Shown: one piece after another, positions 19,018-28,422 of the stretch
Position numbering within the stretch: position 1 is the first letter of the stretch
Layout: every line of letters begins with the position of its first letter
Source: a virus
Taxonomy: Duplodnaviria; Caudoviricetes
Length of the DNA stretch: 64,000 bases
Virus record (IMG/VR): IMGVR_UViG_3300037400_002732
Span: 96,001 to 160,000 of that record
Direction: 5' to 3' (one strand)
The notes under the pieces: generated by a model
Told to the model about the DNA's origin: nothing
The model's input: the letters and a program-made list of their open reading frames with translations, nothing else
Database searches by the model: none
Position numbers and translations under genes: made by a program

Positions 19018-19049
19018 GAGGCCGTCGCGAAAGCGGCGGCTTCTTTTTT
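19018..19049 (+). terminator. Rho-independent terminator
   Basis: GCCGTCGC-GAAA-GCGGCGGC followed by TTCTTTTTT. Confidence 0.85.
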
Positions 19050-19076
19050 GTCCTTTTAGGATAATTTAGGTATTGG

Positions 19077-19088
19077 AACTGATAAACT
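19077..19088 (+). promoter_or_regulatory. Late promoter motif AACTGATAAACT
   Basis: Perfect copy 9 nt before ATG 19098. Confidence 0.75.
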
Positions 19089-19097
19089 GCATGCATC

Positions 19098-21266
19098 ATG
19101 AATAATGGCCACTTTGCAGGACGAATAAAGAAGTTTGTTGAGGATGCAGTCAGCAAAGCTAAAGGAACCGAGGGCGAATTATACAAGATAATGAACGCTC
19201 ACGGCTTTTATGATGTTGCTGATGAAAACAACGGACTTACCGACTGGCAACGCGCAAGCGTACCCAGCTACAACCAGAATAGGATTTCTGAGTTGTGTAA
19301 TGCCATTGCCGAAATGTTCGGTCACATGCTTGCCAATGACGAATACGGAATTCTTTATCCAAATGTTGACGATGTTGTCGGAAAGCTAGACTTGAATGCG
19401 ACGAAGACGGCATCCGAAATGAACGTGATTGGCGGAGCATTAGGAGCCCTAACGTTTGGTGCGTCCGAAACTGCACGACAGTCGATGGGTCAGCTTACCG
19501 CTATCCTCATGGGCGGTTTCGCGTTTGACCCAGACATTCTTCCGCCGATCGCACTGAATTTGCCGGGACTTCCACTTACTCTAGCTAATGCGTATAAGCC
19601 GGGTTCGTACCCAGCCGACTGGACGTTTCTCTACGATCACGAAACGGTAAAGTCGAAGAATTATTATGAGGCGGATGATGGCGGAATCGCTATCGGAGCG
19701 AATATCAAGCTCAATTTAGGCCCATCAAGGCAGCAGATTCTGAAGCTGGTGTTCTCCGTTCCGGATGTTGACGAGAACGGTATGCCAAAGGGTGACGCGG
19801 TTGGTGGACTTTCGCCAGACCAGTTCAACAAGATGTTTACGCTGTCCGACAAGAAGTATAGCGAACTAACCGACGCTGACAAGGAATTTGAACTCGATTC
19901 AGACCAGATGCAGCTTGCGTTCTTCCGTTATATTCAACTGACACTGTGGGGAGCCATTAAGAATCCGGACAACTGGGCCTACTTGCACTGGGGTTCGATT
20001 ACGCACAACTCGTGCCCATGCGCCGTGAAGACGGCAATTTGTAGCTTCATTCATACCAACGGTTTTGCCGTAGATCCGAAAATTTGTCCGGAAGCTGGGT
20101 TCATTTCATACTGCATTTCTACTGGCATGTCATACTACACTGGCCGAACAAAGCCGACGCACATGTATGTGTTCGAAGGCATGTCCTATCTTGATGACAA
20201 GGGAAATAAGGTTGTCGCCGACAAGACAATCGGCTGGTCTAGCAATAACCAAGGTGTTCCGGTCGATAAAAAGCTGGCCAATTTACACTTTACGTTGGCG
20301 GCAGACTTGCTGTCTCATTTGACCTATGACACGAATCCGAACAAGGTTGCTCTCCGTAAGCAGCGTGTCGATGAAGCGAACTTGATTTACTCGTTCGTTG
20401 GGCTTCCTACTATGAAGTTCGGCGACGCAGTCATTCCGCCGGAATTGTCGGCGAACGCGATGGAAAAACGTGGCTTCCTCGAATTGATGAAGGCTACGAT
20501 CAAGGTTTACGACAACAAGAACTCTACGCTTCCGCTATCCGATGAAAACTTCAAGATTGTCAATCAAGCCGAAAAGGGAGCCAACCAGCTCTCGGAATTG
20601 ACGGTAAGGACAATCAAGTATATTCTGTCCAAGGCTGGACTCCAAGGAATCGTGGTTACTTCCGTGTACCGTTCTCCGGAGGCGCAAGCCAAGGCTATGT
20701 TTAATAACAGACAAAGTCACAACGGCGCGATTGCCGTTAACTATGCCGAAAAAGGCCGTTCTGTTGATGCTGAATATACGAAAGTGTCCGAAAGGGTAAA
20801 TGGTGCTGGTAACGGATGCAGAGTTCCTATTAAGGATCCGGCTGCCCAAGCGCAAGCGATCAAGAACATGCAAGCTAAGTGCCAAGAATATTTGGAAAAG
20901 GGTACTCCGGTATCTAATCACGGTTATGACCAGAGCAAGGTGCAAGCTGTCGATATGGGCCCCAAGAGCTCAAAGGCGTTTTTCAAGTACACCGATGACC
21001 AGATGAGAAAGTTCAATACGGCTTGCTGGGATGCATACCAAGAAGGCTACTTGAAAATCTATTTGGGCCCAGTTGAATATGGCGGCCCGAAGGTCAAGGA
21101 TCCGGCGTTCCATATAGAAGTGTGGCAAGACGACAACCATAAGCACCCAAGCGGATTCGGCTCTACGCCAGCCCCGCCTAGCATTGACTGCATGGTGCTT
21201 GACGAAAATTTGAAGAACAAGAATACATGGGATCTGGTTTACGTTCATGACCAGACGATCTCGTAG
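19098..21266 (+). CDS. Putative virion-associated peptidoglycan hydrolase: lysozyme/pesticin-like domain plus M15-like Zn peptidase
   Basis: FLYDHE..GGIAIG..QRVDEANLI; C-terminal VTSVYRSPEAQ..SNH..AVDM..FHIE. Confidence 0.6.
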   Translation: MNNGHFAGRIKKFVEDAVSKAKGTEGELYKIMNAHGFYDVADENNGLTDWQRASVPSYNQNRISELCNAIAEMFGHMLANDEYGILYPNVDDVVGKLDLNATKTASEMNVIGGALGALTFGASETARQSMGQLTAILMGGFAFDPDILPPIALNLPGLPLTLANAYKPGSYPADWTFLYDHETVKSKNYYEADDGGIAIGANIKLNLGPSRQQILKLVFSVPDVDENGMPKGDAVGGLSPDQFNKMFTLSDKKYSELTDADKEFELDSDQMQLAFFRYIQLTLWGAIKNPDNWAYLHWGSITHNSCPCAVKTAICSFIHTNGFAVDPKICPEAGFISYCISTGMSYYTGRTKPTHMYVFEGMSYLDDKGNKVVADKTIGWSSNNQGVPVDKKLANLHFTLAADLLSHLTYDTNPNKVALRKQRVDEANLIYSFVGLPTMKFGDAVIPPELSANAMEKRGFLELMKATIKVYDNKNSTLPLSDENFKIVNQAEKGANQLSELTVRTIKYILSKAGLQGIVVTSVYRSPEAQAKAMFNNRQSHNGAIAVNYAEKGRSVDAEYTKVSERVNGAGNGCRVPIKDPAAQAQAIKNMQAKCQEYLEKGTPVSNHGYDQSKVQAVDMGPKSSKAFFKYTDDQMRKFNTACWDAYQEGYLKIYLGPVEYGGPKVKDPAFHIEVWQDDNHKHPSGFGSTPAPPSIDCMVLDENLKNKNTWDLVYVHDQTIS

Positions 21267-21274
21267 GAGTAAGT

Positions 21275-22036
21275 ATGGCTGAATTGTACAAGAAGGAAAA
21301 GCAAGGATTTGACCAGATGGTCTATGCATACTTGGTAAAGCGTCTTCGTGAACCTATCGAGGACACCGATGCGTTCGGTACTGGCATCGTTGATGAACGC
21401 GGCGCGGAAAATCCGCAAGCCGCTAGTAACCCCAATGCATCGTGGGCGTACACCGACCTCGACAAGCTAGTGTTATTGCTGAAGTCCACCTTGGGTGACC
21501 AAGTGAATACCTTGCCCAATGTGTTTGACGGATTCGATTCCATGTTGCTGATGCGTCCGACCCAGCTGGCTGAAAATCTTCCGGTTTATCGAAAGGTAAT
21601 CGGTCTGGTTGAGGAAATTTCTTACTTGCCGCCAGAGAACCGTGGCGAGGGAAAGATGCAGCCTCAAGCAGAGGAAGATGGCATGACCATGGAAATGAGG
21701 ATGCAACGAGCATTCACTTGTGCATCGTTCTTGATGAGCTGCATCATCAACGGTGGCACGGTCAAGAGCGAAAACTTGATGAATTTCGACGAAGACGTGC
21801 TGGGCATTACCGAAGGTACGTTCGGAATCCGTGGGCTCGGTACATACAAGGACATCGTTGACTATCTGAAGGCCGGAAAGGTTATTGACTATGCTCATGT
21901 GAACCCAGAAGGCTACTTGCTTGCTGTCCGTATTGCGAAAGCTCTTGTGCCAGCAAACGATACGATTTTCATGGACAAGGAACTTGTCGGCAACGAATTT
22001 AGGTCGTGGAGGACTTTGGCGACGTATGAAAGATAA
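21275..22036 (+). CDS. Conserved T4-like phage hypothetical protein
   Basis: N-terminal YAYLVKRLREPIEDTDAFGTGIVDERG resembles a family conserved in T4-like phages; AGGAG SD. Confidence 0.6.
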   Translation: MAELYKKEKQGFDQMVYAYLVKRLREPIEDTDAFGTGIVDERGAENPQAASNPNASWAYTDLDKLVLLLKSTLGDQVNTLPNVFDGFDSMLLMRPTQLAENLPVYRKVIGLVEEISYLPPENRGEGKMQPQAEEDGMTMEMRMQRAFTCASFLMSCIINGGTVKSENLMNFDEDVLGITEGTFGIRGLGTYKDIVDYLKAGKVIDYAHVNPEGYLLAVRIAKALVPANDTIFMDKELVGNEFRSWRTLATYER

Positions 22037-22235
22037 GCAGCAAATGTTCAACGGCAAGCCTTGTTTCAAGGTAGATGCCGATGATTTCATGTACATAGCC
22101 GCATGCGCGACTATGGGTAAGCGTTTGTTGTCCAAGAACATCAAGAACGATGAACTCAGGGAGTACTATGTGAACAGCAGAGTGCCTGAGTTTGCTGTCG
22201 ATTACGATGGTGTAATTTTAACGTGGTATAGGTAA
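22026..22235 (+). CDS. Small hypothetical protein
   Basis: ATG 22026 overlaps the upstream gene end; 69 aa; stop 3 nt before the portal gene. Confidence 0.6.
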   Translation: MKDKQQMFNGKPCFKVDADDFMYIAACATMGKRLLSKNIKNDELREYYVNSRVPEFAVDYDGVILTWYR

Positions 22236-22238
22236 GAT

Positions 22239-23939
22239 ATGCTAATTAAAAAGCAACAAGAAAATGACAACATGGCGACTCGATTGCTGAGCCACGTTAG
22301 GGATTACGGCTTGGCTAACGAACGCGGTGCCATATTCGACCGAATATTCAACCGTGGTGACGTTATTCGTCAAATCAGGGCGTCTCGAAATGTTGTTGGT
22401 CAAGGCATCAATCAGATGCTGTCACCGGACGGATCCGCGATTGACGGATTCAGTATGTATATGCCAGCCCTTGGCATAAGCGGCGCGAACAAGATTGATC
22501 CGGACAAGATTCAGAACGCGATTGCCGAGAACCAAGCGCAGCTTTACTGGAAGAAGAACCAAGAACGCGCTCGCAAGTACGATACGGTCGCTTCTCGTTC
22601 CGAAGTGAACGAGTCACTAATCCAGATCTGTAACGAAGGAGTCTACAAGGACGACGTGGATGAAATCTGCTCGCTTGACATCGACCACGACGCCGCTATC
22701 GGCGATCCGGTGCGAAAGAAGCTGGGAAAGATTTTCCGTCAAGACGTTCTACGACGCATCATGCACTTCCACCAAGACGGCTGGGAATACATGAAATACT
22801 TGCTGACTCGCGGACGTATCTTCTTCGAAGTTATCTACGATCCCAAAACCGGAAAGATCGAAGGCGTGAACATGTTGCCCGAAGAGCACATGATTATCGT
22901 TGTCCAAGATAACTTGATTATCGGCTATCGTCAGATGCTTACTGGTGCGCTTGCGTCGCAGACGAACGGCAAGAATTATATCGACTTCTCTCCGAACCAA
23001 ATCTTGTATGCGTCGCTTGGCATGACTGGCCCAGGTGGCGTAAATGACCCTCGTTCTATTCTTGAACCAGCAATGAAGCCGTATAACCAACTGAATACGA
23101 TTGAGGATAGCGTGGTTATGTACCGTGTTCTCTGGGGTTCAGAAAAGCTCATCTTGAAGGTGGACGTGTCTGGTATGACCAAGGCGACTGCCGAAAAGTT
23201 CATGAAAGACCAAGCTAAGATGTTTAGCCGCCGTCTTGACTATAACTCGATGACTGGCGAAGTGACTAACTTCGGTACTTCTCCTGGATTGACTGAGCAC
23301 TTTGTTATTGGTGTCGGCAATGGCCGTACTGGTTCTGGTATTGAACGTATGGCTGGCGGTGAACAGCTTGGAAATATTGATGACTTGAAGTTCTTCAAGC
23401 GAAACCTTGTCAACTCCTTGATGGTTCCGCCGGGACGCATCACTGCACTCGCTGGCGACTCTAATAATTACTCACAAGGTAAGATCGGCGAAGTCACTCA
23501 AGCCGAAGTGTCTTTCGCTCGTCTAGTTCAACGCTATCAGACTCCGTTCGAGACGATTCTTATTCGTCTGTTCGTGATGGTGCTGAATACTGACAAGACT
23601 ATCGACGACTCGATCAAGCTCCAAGAGTTCTATACTGTACGCTTCAAGAAGTCCAATGGTTTCCAGAACTTCATTGACTCGGAAGTATGGACGACGAAGC
23701 TTGCGGTCTTCGACTCGATGATGAAACACGTTTCGTCCAAGGAAAACCCGAACGGCGCGTTGTCCAAGCAAGCTGCACTTCGTTGGGGCCTTCGCCTCAA
23801 TGATGAACAGTACAATCTCAACAAGGCATGGTGCCTTGAAGAAAAGAAGGAAGAATCTGGTGAAGCTACTGGCGATGACGGTGGCGATTCCGGTGCTGGT
23901 GGCGACATGGGTGCTGGCGGCGGTATGCCGGGTATGTAA
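22239..23939 (+). CDS. gp20: Portal protein (T4 gp20 family)
   Basis: SILEPAMKPYNQLNTIEDSVVMYR, KVDVSGM, GEQLGNIDDLKFFKRNLVNSLMVP, EVTQAEVSFARLV. Confidence 0.92.
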   Translation: MLIKKQQENDNMATRLLSHVRDYGLANERGAIFDRIFNRGDVIRQIRASRNVVGQGINQMLSPDGSAIDGFSMYMPALGISGANKIDPDKIQNAIAENQAQLYWKKNQERARKYDTVASRSEVNESLIQICNEGVYKDDVDEICSLDIDHDAAIGDPVRKKLGKIFRQDVLRRIMHFHQDGWEYMKYLLTRGRIFFEVIYDPKTGKIEGVNMLPEEHMIIVVQDNLIIGYRQMLTGALASQTNGKNYIDFSPNQILYASLGMTGPGGVNDPRSILEPAMKPYNQLNTIEDSVVMYRVLWGSEKLILKVDVSGMTKATAEKFMKDQAKMFSRRLDYNSMTGEVTNFGTSPGLTEHFVIGVGNGRTGSGIERMAGGEQLGNIDDLKFFKRNLVNSLMVPPGRITALAGDSNNYSQGKIGEVTQAEVSFARLVQRYQTPFETILIRLFVMVLNTDKTIDDSIKLQEFYTVRFKKSNGFQNFIDSEVWTTKLAVFDSMMKHVSSKENPNGALSKQAALRWGLRLNDEQYNLNKAWCLEEKKEESGEATGDDGGDSGAGGDMGAGGGMPGM

Positions 23940-23946
23940 TGGAATT

Positions 23947-23970
23947 TGGCGGTCAATGACCGCCATTTTT
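23947..23970 (+). terminator. Terminator after the portal gene
   Basis: TGGCGGTC-AAT-GACCGCCA followed by TTTTT. Confidence 0.75.
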
Positions 23971-24104
23971 CATTTCAATGTAGGTTTTTGACCATTTTTT
24001 CACGGCGTTTCGCGATATCCCTAAACAATATATCAAGAAACGCCTATCAGAGCATGTACCACGATGGTTATGCCGAGAAGGCAATAACTACGAAGGTACA
24101 ACTT

Positions 24105-25598
24105 ATGCAGACTCTTCAGAAAAAGAACCTCTCGAATAAGTGGCGCGCCATTCTTGAATCCAACCTTGGTCGTCCTATTCGTACTCGCGCTGAAGCCAGC
24201 GTGATCGCTACCTTGCTCGAAAACCAGAACAAGGTAAACCGTGGTGCTATGCTTGAATCCGCCAACGTTTCCGCTGACGTGGCTCAGTATCAGCAGTACG
24301 CTCTTCCGATGATTCGTCGTCAGTTCCCAGAACTTCTCGCGATGAACACGGTTACTGTCATCCCGACAACCACTCCGCAGGGCATCTACTTTGCTCTCCG
24401 TTACCTCTACGAAAATGAACCGCTCAAGACCACTGCCTTCCGTCAGGGTCAGAAGCAAGAAATCGGCTACGACCTCGTTGCTGATCACACTGGCTTCGCT
24501 GGCACGTTCAATCCGTGGACGACTGGCATGGGCGAAATGCTTTCCAACTACATGGAAGGTACTGGTGTTAGCGGTGCTTCTGCTAACGGCAACTCTTTCG
24601 ATCCGAATCAGCCGGGCCTCCTTTACAACAACTTCGGTGGTTCCTACCTCGCTGGTGATGACCAGTACGGTGCCTACAGCTTCAACATCAAGAAAGCCTC
24701 TATCAAGGTGATCTCTGGTGCTATCCGCGTTGGTACACGTGCTATCAAGTCTCACTACACCATCGAACTCCAGCAAGACATGGCTGCCGCTCACGGCCAG
24801 GATGTCGAAGCTCTCCTCCTCGAAGGTCTTCAGTTTGAAATTCAACAGAACATCGACCGTGAAATTCTTCAGGCCATGGTTCTCGTTGCTCAGACTCCGG
24901 CTCTCGGTGGTGAACCTGCTATCCAGATGGATCTTGCCGATCCGAACCGTCTCAATGCTGGTATGGGCCGCTGGGCTGCAGAACGCATCGCTGGTGGTAT
25001 CGTAAACACCATCATCGCTGTTTCTCGTAAGATCGCCCTCACGACTCGTATGGGTTGCGGTAACTTCGCAATCGTCTCTCCGGACATTGCCGCTGCTGTC
25101 GCTACCTTGAACAACGGTATCTACACGCCGACTTACCTCCAGACCGATGCTGCTGTGCAGCCGAACGGTGGTGTTGCTGATGCTGGTTCTCTTTTGAACG
25201 GCAACATCAAGCTCTACCAAGACATCTACGCTAACGCTTCTTATGCCCTCTTGGGTTACAAGGGCCCGCGTCAAGGTGAGTCTGGTATCATCATGATGCC
25301 TTATATCCCTTATATCTTCTGCAAGACCGCTGGTCAGGAAGATGGTAGCCCGCGCTTGATCGTGAAGTCTCGTTACGCCATTGTGGCTAACCTTCTCGGT
25401 GCTGGTCAGTTCTACCGCGTTATCCACTTCTCCAACGTTAACAGCGTAATCACTGGTATCGATCTGGAAAACAACCCGTGGCAGTCTAACGGCTCCATCG
25501 GTGGTGCTTCTCTCCAGGCTGGCCTCTCTTACGAAACTGTGCCGAACGGTGTGGTTAACGTTCCGGGTGGCTTGAGCTACGAAGACAACAACTGGTAA
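24105..25598 (+). CDS. gp23: Major capsid protein (T4 gp23 family)
   Basis: KWRAILE, LLENQ, PMIRRQFPELLA, YTIELQQDMAAAHGQDVE, IDREI, GNFAIVSP, GYKG, PYIP, KSRYA; extreme codon bias; GAAGGT SD. Confidence 0.95.
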   Translation: MQTLQKKNLSNKWRAILESNLGRPIRTRAEASVIATLLENQNKVNRGAMLESANVSADVAQYQQYALPMIRRQFPELLAMNTVTVIPTTTPQGIYFALRYLYENEPLKTTAFRQGQKQEIGYDLVADHTGFAGTFNPWTTGMGEMLSNYMEGTGVSGASANGNSFDPNQPGLLYNNFGGSYLAGDDQYGAYSFNIKKASIKVISGAIRVGTRAIKSHYTIELQQDMAAAHGQDVEALLLEGLQFEIQQNIDREILQAMVLVAQTPALGGEPAIQMDLADPNRLNAGMGRWAAERIAGGIVNTIIAVSRKIALTTRMGCGNFAIVSPDIAAAVATLNNGIYTPTYLQTDAAVQPNGGVADAGSLLNGNIKLYQDIYANASYALLGYKGPRQGESGIIMMPYIPYIFCKTAGQEDGSPRLIVKSRYAIVANLLGAGQFYRVIHFSNVNSVITGIDLENNPWQSNGSIGGASLQAGLSYETVPNGVVNVPGGLSYEDNNW

Positions 25599-25629
25599 TC
25601 TTTACCAGTCGTCTTAGAACGCCAAATTT

Positions 25630-25660
25630 AAAGGCAGTGGAGCAATCCGCTGCCTTTTTT
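25630..25660 (+). terminator. Terminator after the capsid gene
   Basis: AAAGGCAGTGGA-GCAA-TCCGCTGCCTTT followed by a T run. Confidence 0.85.
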
Positions 25661-25718
25661 GCGTTTGTTTTGGCCAAATAATCTGCATCGCGGTTTTGTT
25701 GATAAAATGTTAACATAA

Positions 25719-25730
25719 ACCTTATAAACT
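25719..25730 (+). promoter_or_regulatory. Late promoter variant ACCTTATAAACT
   Basis: 27 nt before ATG 25758. Confidence 0.6.
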
Positions 25731-25757
25731 ATTGCTTAACCGAGCGGTAGTTAATTG

Positions 25758-25934
25758 ATGAAAACCAAGGACACTAAACAGTTATTGACTGGAATTTTGA
25801 ACAACGACACGGCAACCGTCAAACGGATTGTCAATGCGTATTTCGAGTCTTGTTTTACTGCTGAGATAGATAAGGCGTCCAAGGCCGTCATGGAGTCTAT
25901 CGGCAAAGAGGGGAAGGCTTTGTATGGCAACTAA
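25758..25934 (+). CDS. Small prohead core protein, gp67-like (not in the ORF track)
   Basis: 58 aa MKTKDTKQLLTGILNNDTATVKRIVNAYFESCFTAEIDKASKAVMESIGKEGKALYGN; overlaps the protease start. Confidence 0.6.
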   Translation: MKTKDTKQLLTGILNNDTATVKRIVNAYFESCFTAEIDKASKAVMESIGKEGKALYGN

Positions 25935-26688
25935 CAACATTTACGGTGACGCTATATTTGAGGGTTCCAGTGCTGCCTTGGTCGATCGCAAGGACATTTT
26001 TGGTAATCTTGTCAAGCGTCTGATCATTGAAGGTACGGCTATCCGCTGTGATGTTCCTGGCATTAACAACCGTGCATATCCGAAACGCATTATTGAACGA
26101 GAAATGAACCGTCTTATCAAGGACTTCGTTGCTCGTGGCCGCTTGGCGGCGTCTTTGAATCACCCTCGTCTTGGTGCCGACGGCACGGCGAAGGACTATC
26201 CGATTTTTGAAATGGACTTGGACAGCATCTGCGCCTTGATCGAAGACCTTCACATGGAAGGCGACGTTCTGAAGGTTCGCATGGTGGTTCTGGAAGAGAC
26301 CAAGGCTGGTCATCAGCTTGCCGCCCTTATTCGTGGCGGTTATCATCCCGGCTTCTCTCTGCGTGGTGCTGGTAGCACCATCAACATGGGCGAGCATGAG
26401 GAAATTGCTGACGACTATACGATGATTACTATCGACGTTGTTGGTAACCCATCTTTCGGCCAAGAAGCAATCTTCACCGCTCGTCAAGAATCTGCAGAAG
26501 CTAACGGCGCGAAGGCTTTGACCGAAGCTGCGACAGGACCACGACCGCTGGTCGAGTCTGTAACGGACGTAATGGCTCGCTATGGCAAGGAAATTGAACG
26601 CACTTATACCAATTTCGTGCTAGGCCCAGGACGTTATGACAAAAACGGACTAATTTCTGCATTGCGAGGCTTCAATTCATGCAATTAA
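25924..26688 (+). CDS. gp21: Prohead protease (T4 gp21 family)
   Basis: LIIEG, NNRAYP, LNHP, GFSLRGAGS, IDVVGNPS. Confidence 0.9.
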   Translation: MATNNIYGDAIFEGSSAALVDRKDIFGNLVKRLIIEGTAIRCDVPGINNRAYPKRIIEREMNRLIKDFVARGRLAASLNHPRLGADGTAKDYPIFEMDLDSICALIEDLHMEGDVLKVRMVVLEETKAGHQLAALIRGGYHPGFSLRGAGSTINMGEHEEIADDYTMITIDVVGNPSFGQEAIFTARQESAEANGAKALTEAATGPRPLVESVTDVMARYGKEIERTYTNFVLGPGRYDKNGLISALRGFNSCN

Positions 26689-27605
26689 ACGCAGTACTTA
26701 CAGAAGAAGAAATGTCCGGCCTAAGTCCGGAAGTCGTTGCCAAGATCGAATCGGCTTGCAACGCAGAAGTGGCCGCCGCTACTGAAGGTAGCACGGATAA
26801 ACAGCGCAAGCAAGTCGAGAAGATGCTTGAGGCTGTGTCCGACAAGGCCGACAAGATGATTATGGAAGCGGTGGCTGAAAATGTCGAGAAGTTAAAGACA
26901 GACGCCATCAATGGCAAGATGTACAAGGCATTGAGCGCGATGTCAGCTGTATTGGAAAGCGTCGGCATCACTATTTCGCTCAACAACAGTACATCCGAAG
27001 AAACCAAGAAGCTGCGAGACTTGCTGGCTCAAGCCAATCTAAAGCTCAAGTCTGCTTATGCCGAGCGAGAGAATTTGAAGGACAAGCTCAATGATGCTGA
27101 GAAGAAGTCCTATATCATGCGTCTCGTACAAGGTATGAAGCCGAACGTGGTGCAAGCTGTTATGGATCACTTTGTCAAGTATGACGTGCGCGACATTACT
27201 TCCGACAGCATCATGAAGTTCATTGACGGTTCTTCCAACGACGTGTATATGATGGACGTCGATCCGGAACGCGACAGCAAGCTCAATATGGACAACGTCG
27301 TGAGTGCGCTCAAGGATATTGATGCGGAACTCGACCGTGAAACCAAGCTTGAAAGCGTCAAGGACATTGACGGAATGTTCGAGTGCGAGGAAGCGGATGA
27401 ACCGACTGTCGAACCGCAGCTGGAATCGCTTACCAAGGGACTCAAGCCGCAACGCGCCTCTCTCGCGAACAATACCGACGCTCTGTTCGAGGATGCAAAC
27501 GCCGAGGGCCTTACCGACATCCAGACGGACGACGCATCCGATATTGCAGCAGCCATGTCTAACGTCCAAGCTTTTGAAAATCTTGGACTTGGAAAATTTG
27601 CCTAA
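26679..27605 (+). CDS. gp22: Prohead core scaffold protein (gp22-like)
   Basis: Acidic helical protein directly after the protease; GLSPEVVAKIE N-terminus. Confidence 0.7.
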   Translation: MQLNAVLTEEEMSGLSPEVVAKIESACNAEVAAATEGSTDKQRKQVEKMLEAVSDKADKMIMEAVAENVEKLKTDAINGKMYKALSAMSAVLESVGITISLNNSTSEETKKLRDLLAQANLKLKSAYAERENLKDKLNDAEKKSYIMRLVQGMKPNVVQAVMDHFVKYDVRDITSDSIMKFIDGSSNDVYMMDVDPERDSKLNMDNVVSALKDIDAELDRETKLESVKDIDGMFECEEADEPTVEPQLESLTKGLKPQRASLANNTDALFEDANAEGLTDIQTDDASDIAAAMSNVQAFENLGLGKFA

Positions 27606-27625
27606 TCTCTCCTTAGTTGGCTCCG

Positions 27626-27657
27626 AAGGGGCTCGGTCGAAAGGCCGGGCCTCTTTT
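27626..27657 (+). terminator. Rho-independent terminator
   Basis: GGGGCTCGGTC-GAAA-GGCCGGGCCTC followed by TTTT. Confidence 0.8.
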
Positions 27658-27690
27658 GATATAATTTCTTAGGTTGGACTGAAACTGCCT

Positions 27691-27702
27691 AACTGATAAA
27701 CT
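27691..27702 (+). promoter_or_regulatory. Late promoter motif AACTGATAAACT
   Basis: Perfect copy; 21 nt (AACTGATAAACTAGGCGTGTA) identical to the copy at 10774. Confidence 0.8.
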
Positions 27703-27722
27703 AGGCGTGTAGAAGAGGAAAT

Positions 27723-28418
27723 ATGCAACAAACAGACTATTCAACCATTGCTCCACGCGGACAAGCTCCACAGCCGCAGTACCCGCCACAGAATCCGGGT
27801 TATGCTCCGCAGCAAGGATATCCGCAACAAGGATACCCACAGCAAGGTTATCCGCAGCAAGGATATCCGCAACAAGGCTATCCTCAGCAAGCCGCATATC
27901 CACAGCAAGGTTACTATCAGCAACCTCAGCAGCCAGCCCCTCAGTATGCACAGCCAGCTCCGCAGCAGCCGCCTCCGAATGGCAACTATTTCATTCCGCA
28001 GTCTGCGATGAACGGCATGGAATATTCCGAAGAATTCCGTCGTGCTTATGAAACTAACAAGGCGGCGTTCGACGAAATAAACAAGAAGATCAAGGCTGGC
28101 GTAAACGAAAGCGAAGCTGTAAAGCGTGTCAAGGAAATGACCGCCTACAAGACCAAGGTCGATGCCACATTGAAGGAAATGGGCTGCGCGACCAACATTA
28201 GTCAAGTGCTGGCGATTATTGAAGACCTCTGTCTGTCCCTTGAGCATCCGGATCAGTGGATTCCGGCGGCTCGTTCCAAATATGTCGAACCGATGCGTAA
28301 GCAGTCTGCGCCGATTGTCGATGTACTGAGAAAGACTGCAGCAACAATTAAGAAGCTGTCCGTTCCGGCAGCTGGGGCCCAACAAGCCCAGCCAGCCGCG
28401 CCAGCAGCTGAAGGATAA
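27723..28418 (+). CDS. Late protein with a PQQGY-repeat N-terminus
   Basis: Q/P/Y/G low-complexity region followed by a helical domain; GAGG SD. Confidence 0.75.
   Translation: MQQTDYSTIAPRGQAPQPQYPPQNPGYAPQQGYPQQGYPQQGYPQQGYPQQGYPQQAAYPQQGYYQQPQQPAPQYAQPAPQQPPPNGNYFIPQSAMNGMEYSEEFRRAYETNKAAFDEINKKIKAGVNESEAVKRVKEMTAYKTKVDATLKEMGCATNISQVLAIIEDLCLSLEHPDQWIPAARSKYVEPMRKQSAPIVDVLRKTAATIKKLSVPAAGAQQAQPAAPAAEG
27807..27914 (+). repeat. 15-bp coding tandem repeat (PQQGY x5, [11 protein letters not shown])
   Basis: CCRCARCAAGGHTAY units that differ at synonymous positions. Confidence 0.9.
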
Positions 28419-28422
28419 GTAA

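Noticed and set aside
23946-24104. 53-aa N-terminal extension of the capsid protein from a TTG start
   Set aside because: It runs through a terminator and structured leader; the SD and gp23 similarity point to ATG 24105.
27807-27914. Tandem repeat as a CRISPR array
   Set aside because: No spacers; in-frame 15-bp coding units with synonymous variation.
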